From Camelus dromedarius (taxonomy: Eukaryota), in the NCBI RefSeq assembly GCF_036321535.1, contig NC_087437.1, positions 80,354,001-80,418,000 of the forward strand: DNA of 64,000 bases. Direction: 5' to 3'. The notes below the pieces were generated by a model. It saw only the letters and a list, made by a program, of their open reading frames with translations. It was not told the DNA's origin and ran no database searches. The translations under genes were made by a program, and so were the position numbers. This document shows, one piece after another, positions 37,146-50,185 of this stretch. Position 1 is the stretch's first letter. Every line of letters begins with the position of its first letter.

Positions 37146-40112
37146 CATGTCCTGCAGCTAAGTACCACTGGACTACATTCAGGCAAATGCCCTCATCACC
37201 TCTGAGGAGAGTCCTGTTTCTCTGCAGCAAATTCAGTGTCAGCCATGCTCAGCTGGAGAGGAAAACCCCTTGGTCAACAAGATCATAAAATGCCACCTCA
37301 GGGCAAGCCCCCCATGGTCCCCTCTCCTAGCAAGGCTAGGGCTGGCTTTAGCCATGTCTCTCACCAGAGCACCTGACCACCTGCCTGCTCAAGCGACAGC
37401 AAGCTGACCCATTTCTCTTTTTCAAAGAGACAAAGATACTAGCCATGCAGAACCACACACCTACTGAAATACACTGAAGACTGAAAAAGGGAAAATGTAA
37501 ACGAGCCCTCAGAAGAAATCTCAGTTCACGTTTCATCGGAATAGTATCTTTCCACAGCTAAAGGTCATTCACCAGTCTAGCTTTTGTTACAAGAGTTTTC
37601 TTCTCAATTTGGTGATGGGTTTTTTTCTCTCTCTCTTTCCCACTTTGGTTTTCTTTTTTCCCACCATTTGGAATGCGGTAATGGCCTTTCTTTTCTGTCT
37701 TCCATAGTTATTGGAATCCGAATCCAAACTCTCCTGACCACGAATGTATCTTCCTTCACAACCGAGTCTTCCTGTGTCTTCCCTGGCACCTGCTCTCTGA
37801 GACTGTGTTCAGACAAGCACTGGGTGGCTGAGTTATTATTACTGTTCCGACACCATGGCACCAGCAACTGGGAGAGGGGCTGAGATATTTATCAGCATGA
37901 GCCCCTGGAGAAAGGACAGCAGGGTGTTTTTCAAATGGCTGTAGACTTCACTTGAGATTTGATTGTTTATTACAAACTAAGAGGTTCTTACTTCTATTAT
38001 CTGAGGTTTGAATGTAGGAGGAATTAAAGAGCTCACATTAGATTTCCTCAAAATATCTCGTTCATAGAGAGTCTATGCTGCAGGCTCAGCCTTCTTTCAA
38101 ATTGACCCTTTAAGGAACCAGAAACAATTAAACTGACATTTCAGGGGGAAGGGAGATGTATGATTTGAGAATGAAACCTAAATTTGCTATAGTAATTTCT
38201 CCCAGGTAATCAGAATTATGAAATGCTGCCAGTTGGAAATTTCTACTGGGAAACACCTGGGAAACATTTGAAACATGGGACAAGTCCTCCTACCAGAAAG
38301 TTTTGTTAAGAAAGTTTTATTAAGATGTTTATTTAAAATTCCAAGCTATCGCAGAAATCATACATTAAGTCTGGTTCTTCAACCCTGCCCACATTTGTGT
38401 TAGCCACCTCGCCACCAGTAGCTGGCTCACTCTTTCCATAAAACACCTTCTTACACACGCACTAAGCCTTGGAGGAGGCCAGGAAACCTCCCCCAGCCAA
38501 GCCCCACAGCTACACCACCATCTGTCCTCTCTGCTAACACTGACCCTGGCTTTCATTGCTCAGGTCTTCATCCTTTTCCTCCCCAGGTGCCAGAAGGGCA
38601 CGGCTCACCCAGTAACTCTTCCTTGCCATTCATCCTCTCCACTGGAAGCTCTCATCACCTCTATCCCTTTCACTGTGAACATCAGATGGATAACTTACTC
38701 ATTCATCCTTTTACTGATGATCACAATTTTGTTTCCCCTTCTCCACTCTCCCACCCAACAATGTGGACTTCTATGTTTTTTGTCAGTGACTTTCTGTCTT
38801 ATCTCAAGGCTTCTTCTTTGACCCACAGTCTCCTTTTTCTCATACATTTCCTACCTTCATGCCTGAAAGTTTATGCAAGTATTACTGTAGCATTACACCA
38901 TAAATAATAATGGACACAAAATCCATACCAACAAGTGTAAGCATTCACTGGATGTAAATATTATACAGGATAACACACAGAGAAGAGCACACAGAAGGCT
39001 ATTACCTTGCCTTCTGAGCAACATCTAGGGCATCTCTCGAGTCAGTCAGGAGTCTGTCTTACTCATAATCGGCTTGCAATATTTCAAATATTGCAATATT
39101 GCAAGTAGTGCCTTTACAGGTCTACTGAAATATAGATCTAAAAAGCTGCAAAACATCACAAATATCTCCACCTTTTTTATTCATTCATGGACTCTTGGCT
39201 TGATGCCTTTAGCTTCAGTCATAAAACCAAAACAAATTTTAGAATAAAAGCAAATTGTTGTTTTTTTCTTTAAAAAAAAAAAGCAAACTGTTTACTACAA
39301 TAAAAATTTCTAGGAAGTAAGTGATTGATAACCTACAGTACCTACTACTATGCCAGTCCCATGATGAGCTCTCAGTAAATGACTCTTGAATGAATGGATG
39401 CATCAGTGAATTCACAGCATGGGAAGAAAGTAGTGAGACTTAGTTCAATATACTGTACCTGAAAGTTCATCCATTACTTCAGAGTCAGAACACACACACT
39501 GTCTCCTGAATGAGTACCAAGCAAAGGCAATAACTGAATGCAGATCGAGGTGAAACTCAGGCGTGATGACACAGCTCTGTGCCATCTGGCTTCATTTTTC
39601 TTCTGCCTGTCACAGCTCCCAACCTTCCTGGCAGAACTCATTCTGTCTCCCTTACGAAACTATTGTTCACAGTCAAAGTATCTGCAAGGAAAAACAAACA
39701 ACAGGAAAAGCTAACACTCCGTATTCATTCCCCTTCAAGACAGACCACAAGCCATTGCTTCTCCTTTTACCTCCACTAACTTCTCATCGCTCATCCACCA
39801 ACCAGCCTCCTTTTCACTCTGCCCTCAGAAAACTGCCCCCACCACCCACTGCCTGGGTAACAAGCGAACCCTATGATAAATGAACTGATCCTACCAAAGG
39901 GCAAGATAAAGACAATTCGTTCTGAAATAACATAACTATTTTTTTCAGCTTCATAGATTCTCTTCACATCAGAGAAGCAGCAAAGCCAAAGCTGGGATTC
40001 ACGCACCTGAGATTCTCCATCATCTCAGGGATGGGCCGTGCTCTACAGCAGCAAGTCCACGCTTTGGTTAATTCTGGATCATTTCCATTCTCACGAAAAC
40101 AACTGAATGCTA

Positions 40113-40415
40113 AGAAACAGACTCACAGACATAGAATGCAAACTTGTGGTTGCCAAGGGGGAGAGGATGGGAAGGGACAGACCGGGATTTCAAAATTTGT
40201 AGATACTGACAGGCATATGTAGAACAGATAAACAAGATTATACTGTACAGCACAGGGAAATAGACATAAGATCCTGTGGTAGCTCACAGCAAAAAAATAA
40301 AATGTGACAATAAATATATGTATGTTCATGTATAACTGAAAAATTATGCTCTACACTGGAATTTTACACAACATTGTAAAATGACTATAACTCAATAAAA
40401 AAAAGTTTAAAAAAA
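40113..40415 (+). mobile_element. Young camelid-type L1 3'UTR fragment
   Basis: Close reverse-complement match to 8515-8790 and 53560-53870. Confidence 0.9.
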
Positions 40416-41095
40416 ATCAAATTCATTTGGCACAGCTGCCCAGGGACATGAACCTGCTCTATGGAAAATACAATGGGTACAGTTTGACCTAGAATTCCAG
40501 ATTCAAGCAAGTCCTACTTTTGGATTCAAAAATCTCTGTTCACAGGAGTAAGAAGGATGGTAGGGGTGAGTAACAATATAACATTAGATGACTCCCCTCT
40601 TTGCTTCAGACTGAGTCTGGGTTAGACCCAGATCCACGTAAGACATTGGGAAAGTTTTATGGAGCACCAGTCTTGGTAACATCGATTCCACAGCATTTAT
40701 TGTCCTATCCTGTGCCACAAGGACAAGACTACGAGTCACCTGCCTGCTTCTTGCTGAATCAAAAAGTATGCAATGCTCCAGCCCCCATCTTGCCTTCCCA
40801 TTCAACTACTTACTTTAATAATGTGGGAGAGATAAATAGACATCTTCTTTAAAATGCCAACTGGAATGAAGACAGTCTGTTTCACTTTAGCTGTAGAGTC
40901 ATCCTCAGTTCAAGCTCATCCAACAACTAGAACGCTTCTATAGCCTTTGAGCACCAGCAAGGACCTATCTCACAGACTGTTCACTGCAGTTTTACATTAT
41001 CTGGTTGGATACTTAGAAGATTATAGTAGGAAAATGTAATTGGCCCTGTAATCAAAGTGAACGTGCCAGTATTTGACTAGAAAGGACAAAGATTC

Positions 41096-41379
41096 TTTTT
41101 TTTTTCTCATTCTTATTTTTTATTGAAGTGCAGTCAATTTACAATGCTGGTCTCATGTGCACAGCCAAGCGATTCACTTACACATATACATATATATTTT
41201 TTCAGATTCTTTTCCATTTTCAGCTCATTATAAGAAATTGAATACAGTTCCCTGTGCTATACAGTAAGTCCCTGTTGTTTATCTATTTTACATATAGTAA
41301 TGTGTATCTGTTAATCCCAAATTCCTAATCTATCCCTCCCCCCTCTTTCCCCTCTGGTAACCACAGTTTGTTTTCTATG
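41096..41379 (-). mobile_element. Cetartiodactyl-type L1 3'UTR fragment
   Basis: T-rich start, cagttccctgtgctatacagta, ctggtaaccacagtttgttttctatg; TSD-like gaaaggacaaagattc / gaaagggacaaagtttc. Confidence 0.85.
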
Positions 41380-42504
41380 GAAAGGGACAAAGTTTCAGAG
41401 GCTGCTGCTGATCCCATGCTGGGAGGTGAGATGCTCAATGTATGAAGCACCTGTTTCTCCTCATCTCACCGTCACTCAAGCACCCAGGATCGTTGGGTTG
41501 CTCTCTTTGGCCGTGAGAAAGTCACCAGCCCACGCCAGGCCAGTTTCTCTTCATCTGGAAAGGAAGCTACCCACAAAGCCTAGTGCATTTCAAAGATAAA
41601 AGAATGAACTTTGCCCCAGAAGGCCTATCCTCATGCCAGGCCAGGAACATCCACATATAAATGTTTCCAAATCAGCACTCCACCCCAGCACCGTACACGC
41701 CCTTTGACTGTTCTGATTTCTAGCCTTCAAATCTGGTGCAGCCTCATGTGCCCTTAGGTGGTGGATTATTCCACCTCTGTGACAGCTGGAACCTCTCAGA
41801 ACATTAGGTTAAATCTGGCCTAATGGGTTACGGCTCATGGAAAGCAACCATACATTTCTGAAGACAAAAATTATAAGCCTATTTTCTAAAAGCAGAATAA
41901 AGGGAGAAAGAACACCAGCCTATCTGAGATTGCTGTGAGGTCCATCTCCCTAACGGTTTTGGGAAATGCTCCCTCTCTGCGTGGAAGTCAGTCTTTACTT
42001 GTCACACATTACGTGATCACCAGGGGAAGAAGTGAAAGGGATACCACATTCCTCCAGTTTGCAAAGCAGCATCCCCTCCCACCCCAGAACTCTCTACACA
42101 GGCCACTCCAGGTCTCTGTGGTTGTCTAATGATTTTTTAAACCCACTCTTTAGTGGAAAACGGACGGCTCTCAGCAATAATATATGTATGAATTTAAATT
42201 TGCAAGTATATTTAGTCTTCCATTGGTTTACTCCACACAAGATCCCCATCAGAAAAGTTCTACTAGAGTTAAATGCATTCAAAGATTTATCAAACTCTCC
42301 TAGGGCTCAGATGAGTCAGTTTTTGACAATGGTAATATTGACTTCTAAACCCATCTCAAACTCTATTTTGGAAGAAGCCCTCTATGTCACCAAATCCTTC
42401 CCCTTCCAATTGGCATACCCTTGAAATTTAAAAGAAATATTGGCTCACACAGGCACCTCTCATCTGTGTGGCCCACAGCAGCATGACTATTAAACTTTTT
42501 CTTG

Positions 42505-42559
<55 letters not shown>

Positions 42560-42560
42560 A
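42505..42560. repeat. Perfect (TAAA)14 microsatellite
   Basis: Directly visible. Confidence 0.95.
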
Positions 42561-43942
42561 TGAAATATTGAGGGAGTGAAGGTTTAGCCTTGCTGAGAAT
42601 GAAGATCCAGAAGGGACACTGAGGATGCAAATCAAAATTACCAAGATTCTTGTGGATGCTCTGTGGTAACCTCAAGGTAGCCCAAGAGGCAGCAAGGGGC
42701 TGGATGCCCTGAGGCTCCAGTTTCTCAGTTCCAGAGGATGTCTATTAACTAGGTAGAAGCAAAGAGGATGAGGCAGGAGATGGAGTCAAAGAATGGTAGC
42801 CAGAAACAGCCAAGGAAGGGTCATCAGAATGTTTCTTTTCTGGGTTATTACCGGAGGCTGCAGTGTCACACAATGGTGGCCACAAAGAATTTTACATTTG
42901 GTGTGATGCATTTGTTCCCAAAGAATCCTTCATATCCTCTAATTCTAGCCAAAAGGAGCATCCAAGGAATACTAATCACTTTTATGTTATTTGATTTTAT
43001 TGATATCAGTCCTCTGGGTTTCATCAGTACTTTTTAACACAGTTACTTTCACATAAATCAGCTGGGTTTTCTGTACTGTCTCTTTGGCAGTGATACAGAG
43101 ATATAGCAAAAACGTGTTTGACCTGGAGTCAAGGTCACTGGTTTGTCCCAGCACAGATCCTCCATCAGATACCTCTGTGCCAGGCAAGCTGTGAATCACT
43201 CTTCTTGCACCCTCGCCCATAAAATGAAGTGATAGGAATTTAGATTATTTTAATCCAATCAATGCTTAAGTTTTACCCTTCCATAAGTTGGCACATTGGT
43301 TGAACTCACTAAATATCTAGCATTATTTGAGGCAGAGTGAGAATATACACAAAGAATATTTTTAAATGTTTCTACCTTTAAAGAGTTTTAAATCAACTAG
43401 TGTATACTCTACCAGATTATATTATTTCTTTAACACCTTGTATTGAACCTAGTTTATTTCTGTTTCCTAGGGTTAGATGAATGTGTTAAATGAATAAGTA
43501 GCACATAAGTGAGCAAAATGCACACACCTAAAACTGACACCTGTTAAGGACCAAAGAGTATAACACTGAGAGTCAGAGAAGGTAAAGTTCAGGAAGGGTG
43601 AGATCAGGATCTGAAGGAGGCGTTGAACAGCAAAGCATACCAGCATCTGAGTTTGGGATCATTCCAAAGATGAACAGTATGCACAGCAAGCACTTGAGAA
43701 GAACTGAGAGGTCAGTGACTACCTGGCCTGGGATGCTAGGAAAAGCTTCCCCCTAGTAATGCAGCCTGGTAAACCAAAACCCCAAATAGGGGTGGGATTT
43801 GCATAATTAAAGAGACAGTAAAAAGTTCTAGGCAGGTGAATAGCATAAAGAATTACTAAGAAGAGAAATAGATTTAATGTGTTTGAGGGTAAAACCAATC
43901 AGACTGACCAATAAGTAAACAGCTCTGCACTAAAGAGTCTCT

Positions 43943-44200
43943 CCATTTATTTAGCAAGTATTTATAAATATATCCAAATATGTGTAAATATTGAGTATGT
44001 ATTACAGTTCGAGGAACTGGGGAGGCAGCAGTGAACAAAACAAGCAAACGATCCCTGCCCTTGTGGAACCTGCATCCTGGCTGGGAGAGACAAATAATAA
44101 TCAAGTACAATATAGGATGTGTCTGACAGAATAACCGCTAAGGAGAAAAATAAGTCAGGGAAGGCAGATCGGTCAGTCAGGAAAGGATGTGGTGCTGGTT
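43943..44200 (-). mobile_element. L2 3' end
   Basis: catttatttagcaagtattta...ctggggaggcagcagtgaacaaaaca...ccctgcccttgtggaacctgcatcct. Confidence 0.75.
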
Positions 44201-44839
44201 TAAGGAAAGGGAAAAATAGCTTCTACTTGGTCCCCTTGTAATTCCTCAATGTTCTTTCCTTTGTCTAACTCAAACCCAGCCTGCTATAGCATCATCTCAT
44301 TTCCAGTTCCATGTTCTGCCTTCCATTTCATTTGGCATTAGCTCAAGAGAGATCAAGTGTTTATCTGAAATTTGCACCAGGCTACTATCTAGGTCTCTAG
44401 TTCACTTTATGTGCCCAACACTGATGGGACAGTAACCCAGTTCAATACAAAATCTGAGAAACCTGCATCAGTGAGCAGACAGCTCCTTTTTTTTTTTTTC
44501 CTTTTGTAGCTGCCTTTATAACAAGCTCCATCTCCTGCTTATCAAGCCCACCTCTCTGTCAGCCACCCAGGATCCATGTTCTCCCCAACCTGCTAAGAAA
44601 AGGGTTGACTATGTAGGGTAAATGAAAGCAGAAGGGACGAGGAGGTTTTGCTTTGCCCTGCAGGCCATGGCAAGCAAAAAGACTTCACAGTAAAAATGAT
44701 GTGTGCAGAGGACACACCTACCAGCGGGAAGACAAGGGGGAGTTGTCATTTAAGAACATGAGACATGGAGAGCAGCAACGAAAACTAAAGAAAAAGAGAA
44801 CAAAGTAAGTAAAGAACTATTTAAAGGAAGACTTGATAA

Positions 44840-45140
44840 AATATTTACAAAACAGAAACAGACTTACAGACATAGAAGAGAACTTATGGTTATGGGGAGG
44901 AAAGCAGGTGGGGAGGGATAAATTGGGAGTTCAAGATTTACAGATACTAACTACTATATATAGAATAGATTAACAACAAGGTCCTACTGTACAGCACAGG
45001 GAACTATATTCAATATCTTGTAATAACCTATAATGGAAAAGAATATGAAAAAGAATATATATGCATATAACTGAATCACTATGCTGTACAGCAGAAATTA
45101 ACACAACATTGTAAACTGACTATACTGTCTACAGTATTTA
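44840..45140 (+). mobile_element. Cetartiodactyl-type L1 3'UTR fragment
   Basis: acagaaacagacttacagacatagaa...cagcacagggaactatattcaatatcttgtaataacc; 29-bp flanking direct repeat 44811-44839 / 45141-45169. Confidence 0.9.
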
Positions 45141-45239
45141 AAAAAACTGTTTAAAAGAAGATTTGATAAGACAGGGTGTGAAATACATGTAGAGACTGAA
45201 AAATAAACTATCTATTCCAGGCTTAGGAATATAAAACTG

Positions 45240-45620
45240 GGGGAAAATTAGGGAACTTTTAAAGGAAAATAAGTTTGGCCTGGGACATAATGATTTCTGA
45301 ATGACTTCATAATGATGAAGGATCGAAGCAGGCAGCTATAAATGAGCATCAGAGTTCAGGTGAAAATCTGGAGCTGGATAAATGGAGCATTATTAAGCAT
45401 TACCTACGGAGAAGTCAAAATCAAAGTTGAAATCAAAATAGACCTACTCTCCAGGGAAGAAAGTATAGAAAGATAAAGCAGAGTACTCCGGGCCAGGTTT
45501 TAGGAAATACCACTAGGTAAGAGATGAGAGGAGTGATGAGAAAGACACCTTATACGGTGCAGATTCCCACAGAGAAGTTTAGAAAAGAATTTAACACCAC
45601 TGGATTTGGCAAGGAAGCCT
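45240..45620 (-). mobile_element. L2 relic
   Basis: aagtttggcctgggacataatgattt...agagttcaggtgaaaatctggagctgga; ccactggatttggcaagg. Confidence 0.5.
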
Positions 45621-46512
45621 CTTATGATCTGTAAATTTCTATCTCATTCTCCTATATTAAAAAAAAAAAGACACAGAATGGCAAACCCTTAAATCCAAAG
45701 AAACTAACAGGACTTTGCAGAGCCACCCTTAGACATCTTTAAAATGCCAGTTCTGTAAATTTAAGAGACATCATCAGGTCACTTAAAAAGCTGGCACCAG
45801 CAAGGCTGAGAGGCCCGCTGAGCACCTGTGAAGCAGCCTGCTGGCTAAGCCACAACTTGTCACCTGCATCCCAAGTAGGGACCAGAGGCTGCAGCCTGGA
45901 AGACTCCTTCAGCCTTGGGAATCTAGGCAGCCTCTTTGGGGCCCTGTAATCACTCCCTAGAGGTGAGGACCTTGGGGGATTTGGGTGGGTAGACTGGTTG
46001 ATTAGTTGCTTGGTCGATTGAGTTTTGTTTTATTTTGTTTTTATGGGGTTTTTTTCCATAAAAAGAAAGCTTTCTTAAGAGGCCTGATTGAGCAATAAAT
46101 ACTAGACACCTGTGTGCTGCGACACAGGCAGCACAGATACAGGAAACGTCTAGCCCGTGAATGAGATTCGTGATGCAGACAGACAGTTATTACGGGCAGC
46201 ATCATGTGAGGTTGCCAGGTCAGAACCATGATGAACAGACCAAAGCCACATGCCACTGGGCCTGCACAAGGCAGGACAGCCGAGTGCGCCTGGGGAACAA
46301 GGGAAGCTGATGTGTAGAAAGACTGAAAATGATCTGAAGGAATGTAAGCCCAGAGAGTCTCTATGATCTTGCAGCAATTTTTTAAGCAGTGCTCAAGGCT
46401 TCTGGCATAGGCAACTTGGTATGGTTAAAGGAGCCGACTCAAAGCACACACTTTCTCCTGTGTGCGAGAGTTTAAAAAAAAATCAAGTTTAAAAAAAAAA
46501 AAAGTCTGTGTC

Positions 46513-46873
46513 CAGAGAAATATCCTATGATATCATATATATGTGGAATTTTTTAAAAGATACAAATTCTATTTACAAACCATAAAACAGACTCATGCAC
46601 ATAGAAAACAAACTATGGTTACCAAAGGGGAAAGGGGCAGGGTGAGGAATAAACTGGGAGTTTGGGACTAAGAGACATACACTACTGTATGCAAGATGGA
46701 TAAACAAGGACCTACTGTGTAGCACAGGGAACAATACTCAATTTCTTAAAATAAGCTATAACGGGAAAAGAATCTGAAAATATATGTACATATGTAAATG
46801 TAGAACAACCACTTTGCTGTCCATCTGAAACTAACATTGTAACTCAGCTACACTTCAATAAAAAAAATTTTTT
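46513..46873 (+). mobile_element. Cetartiodactyl-type L1 3'UTR fragment
   Basis: Typical 3'UTR and tail; perfect 11-bp TSD aagtctgtgtc at 46502-46512 / 46874-46884. Confidence 0.9.
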
Positions 46874-48714
46874 AAGTCTGTGTCTTGTTCAGTTTTCCTC
46901 CATACGTTCCTTGACTTCACACTTCCTTGCTGAGATGGTGCTTTGGGGGGGGGCATCTTCCATCACTTCAAAATGTACTGCTCCCCTCACTTTTGAAACT
47001 CCCCCATCTCTGAAACTCTCCCAGCCTGTTCAGCTCTCCACCTGTGACACTGGGCAGACTCCCACAAGCCTGTGGCTGATCTCTAATTCCTGTTCCTGGC
47101 TCACAGCTTCCCGTGATGAAACTGAAACCAGTTGGTTACTGATGACAAGCAGCTGACTCTGTACCGATAAACACAGCCAGAGAGCAGCTGGGACACGCAC
47201 CTCTGGGTCAGGCTTGATCTCTGTGAGAGCAGTTATGAGAGCATGAAGGAAATGAGATCCCTCATACGCATGAGGATCACCACGTTGATGGAAGGACCAC
47301 TGGGGCATTTCTATCAGGATACTACCCCCTAGAGAAGAACCCACGTTGGTACCTGTGCCTCCACAGAAAGACTAGCTGGGTCAAAAGCAGGCTCCTGTCT
47401 GAGTCACTAGCCAGACAACACTCTATGGCCCTGGAAACCAAATATCCTACACAACAAAATCAAACATTTTGTGGTGTTTCTGGTTTGTTTTGATTTAAGG
47501 ATCCTTTGAATATCCTCACCTCAGAGTCTGTGTAGATAAATTTTCTCCTCTGGTTTAGAGTCTACCTCTGCTTACCTGCCTCAGCATATCAACTATACTC
47601 AAGCAATGCTTTGGAACATTAATTATTCTCTCTTTTAGGCAAACAATCTTGGATATGGGGAACTTCAACACAAAACCGAGTGTTCAGTAACTGGAAAACG
47701 TAACAAGTACTCAAAAATTCAAAAACTTTTCCAAAGTATTTTTAAATGAAGCTTAGGATTACAAAAAAATACATAAAACTGAGCACACACTTTATCATTT
47801 CGGATCCAGAATGAACACATGGTTTGTTCCACCCACTTCTGCCTTCTCACAAACAGCAAGATCTAGACAAACGTCAGACTGCTCGAGGGCTCTGTGGTTA
47901 CTCTGGCTTTACAAGAAAAGCCAATCACTATACAACCACAGGGCTCCTCTGTTCTTGAAAAAGTGCTGTGAGTACCATTTTCCATAGTAGCACTTTTAAT
48001 TGGCAAAATTTAACAAATTGTTATGAATCTGTTAGCAAATTAATTGACAAAATTAACAGACTTTAATTAACAAGATCCAAATTGAATAGATCATGTAAAT
48101 ATCTGATCAATCTTTTGGGAATTCCTTTTTTATAGTACACAAACTGATCACGAAATGAGAATTGCTGTGTGTGCCCTGGAAGCACACTGATGGAGAGCAG
48201 AAAGACCTAGAGTCACACAGCCCGGCTCAGCAACAAACACCATGACCCAATCTGAACTGAGGATACTCAGGAGCACGACCTCAGGAAAGTACACTGACCG
48301 TCTCCTCCCCCTCAACCCTCCAACTGTACCTTCCTCTTACTCACATCTAGCGAATGACTTTACTTCCTATTTTACCAAGATGACTTAAAGCCATCCTAAG
48401 ATTCCTCATCTACTATTTCATTTCTACATTCATCCTCACATTTAAATCATAACTAGTTTTTGGGGGTTTTTTGCCTCCAGTCCTCCCCACCTCCACCACT
48501 CCAGTTTTTATTTCCACCTGATCTGCCTTCCTAAATCCCAGTTTCCACAACGCACTCCTCTGTTCAAAAGTCTTCAAAGAATCCATGTGTCTCTCAGCTT
48601 GGCCCTTTAAAATTTGACACTGGATATTTCCAATATAAATGTTCCCAACCCAGACCATTCTTTTGTACATTCTGTACTCTAAAAAAATTGACTTCTCTTC
48701 CATCTTTCTCCAAG

Positions 48715-49295
48715 ACATCTAGAAAACAGAAACTGAGGCAAGATTTGGGGGAGGTGCAATCCTGGGGGCAAGAGCGAAGGAAGAGGAAAGGGAGGCAGGG
48801 AAAGATGACAAGCAGCATGAGGTAAGCTCAACAATGGCTTCTACTTCACGGTGAGCTTGAAGAATCTCAGGCACCTGGCAGGGCACCTGCTCAGGTGCCC
48901 AGGACGCCTCCAGACAGGCTGTTCAGAGAAACTATGTCCGGGATGAGCCCATCAGAGGAAGAAAGGGGAAGAGTTCGTAGCTGTCCAAATCCTTTCCATC
49001 TTTTATTTTTCTTTGGCCAAGTCAACTCTCCCGCACTTCTAGGTTCTATCTCCTGGAACGATTAAGAGCTGTTTAGGAAGACAGAGCCCATACGTAAGAC
49101 TGTGATACTTCATATACGTCTCAAAGTGGTGGGAGGAGCCGGAGAGTCCAGGCTCAGAGCTGGCTGGGCTCGGGTGCTGGAACCTCACAGGCCACAGACT
49201 CTGTCAGGCCCAGCAGCTGAGGCAGAGCAGAAGGATGGAAAAGGTTAAAGTCCTGGAACCAGATGAGATCAAGAGATTCTGCAGAGGTGCACATG
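48715..49295 (-). mobile_element. Old ERVL-class LTR (family uncertain)
   Basis: agaaaacagaaactgaggcaagatttgggggaggtgcaatcc start resembles antisense old ERVL LTR ends; not firmly assigned. Confidence 0.4.
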
Positions 49296-49959
49296 TTCAA
49301 CATGCCTTCTCCCCATCCAGCCAAAGCCAGCCCTTCCATAAAGTTTACCCATTGATCATTCCATTCCCTGAATTCATTTCTTGGGTGCTTGTTTAGATGC
49401 TGCCAGACTGTGAGGGCTATTTAAAGGTGGGGTGCGTGTATGTGGGTATGTGTCTAGTCTCCTCTACTAAATTTTAAGCTAATTAATGGCAGATACCAAG
49501 CCTGTATTTCCATGGATTCCCATCTCAATTTGCACAGTGTTGATGCACAAATGGTATCCCATCAGCAGTTGTTTAATAAGCAAAAGACCAGGACAGCCTA
49601 GAGAACAGAGGATCTGGGGGTCATGTGAGCTCAAGTGAACACAAGAACAGCCTCTTTTCGTTTGGCTTCACAGAAATAGTCCGAGCTTTGGAAGAAACAC
49701 TAATGGACACTTAAATCATTCACTCATTGTACCCAGTGCTCTCAAGTCATTTCCTGCACAGTGAAAAATTAAACTGACACAGGCTCAAAAGCTACTTAGA
49801 AGCAAATGGCTCTTATTTAAGAAAAGGAAAAAAGAAAGACAAAAGTAAAATGAACTTTTTCCCTCTCCAACAGGAAATCAGTTAAATTTAGATCTTGTGT
49901 TCATCATTCAAATATTTTTCTTTTTTGGAAACAATCAGCAGTTCAAATTCAAGACCAGG

Positions 49960-50185
49960 CAACATACTGACACTGTGAAGACCTCTGGTTCAGATCTCAG
50001 CCCTGCCACTTACTACGTGACCTTGGGGGAGTTACTTAACTTCTATGCCCCACAACTGCCTTACAGATAAAATGAGGATGATAGCACCCACCCCAAAAGG
50101 TTTTTATGAACATGAAGTATGAAGGCATCTGGAAAACATTACCTGCAACATTGCAAGCCATATATAAGTGTTTGCTTAATAAATA
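49960..50185 (+). mobile_element. MIR SINE
   Basis: ggttcagatctcagccctgccacttactacgtgaccttgggggagttacttaacttctatgcc...aaaatgaggatgatagcacc. Confidence 0.8.

Noticed and set aside
47269..47281. CATGAGGATCACC, matching part of the MS2 operator hairpin
   Set aside because: The 3' arm needed for the stem is absent and it is a single copy in genomic context; coincidence
47959..47997. Hairpin with an AAAGUGC seed (miR-17/miR-290-like)
   Set aside because: Only 9 bp of good stem in 39 nt and no pairing in the flanks; too short for a pre-miRNA
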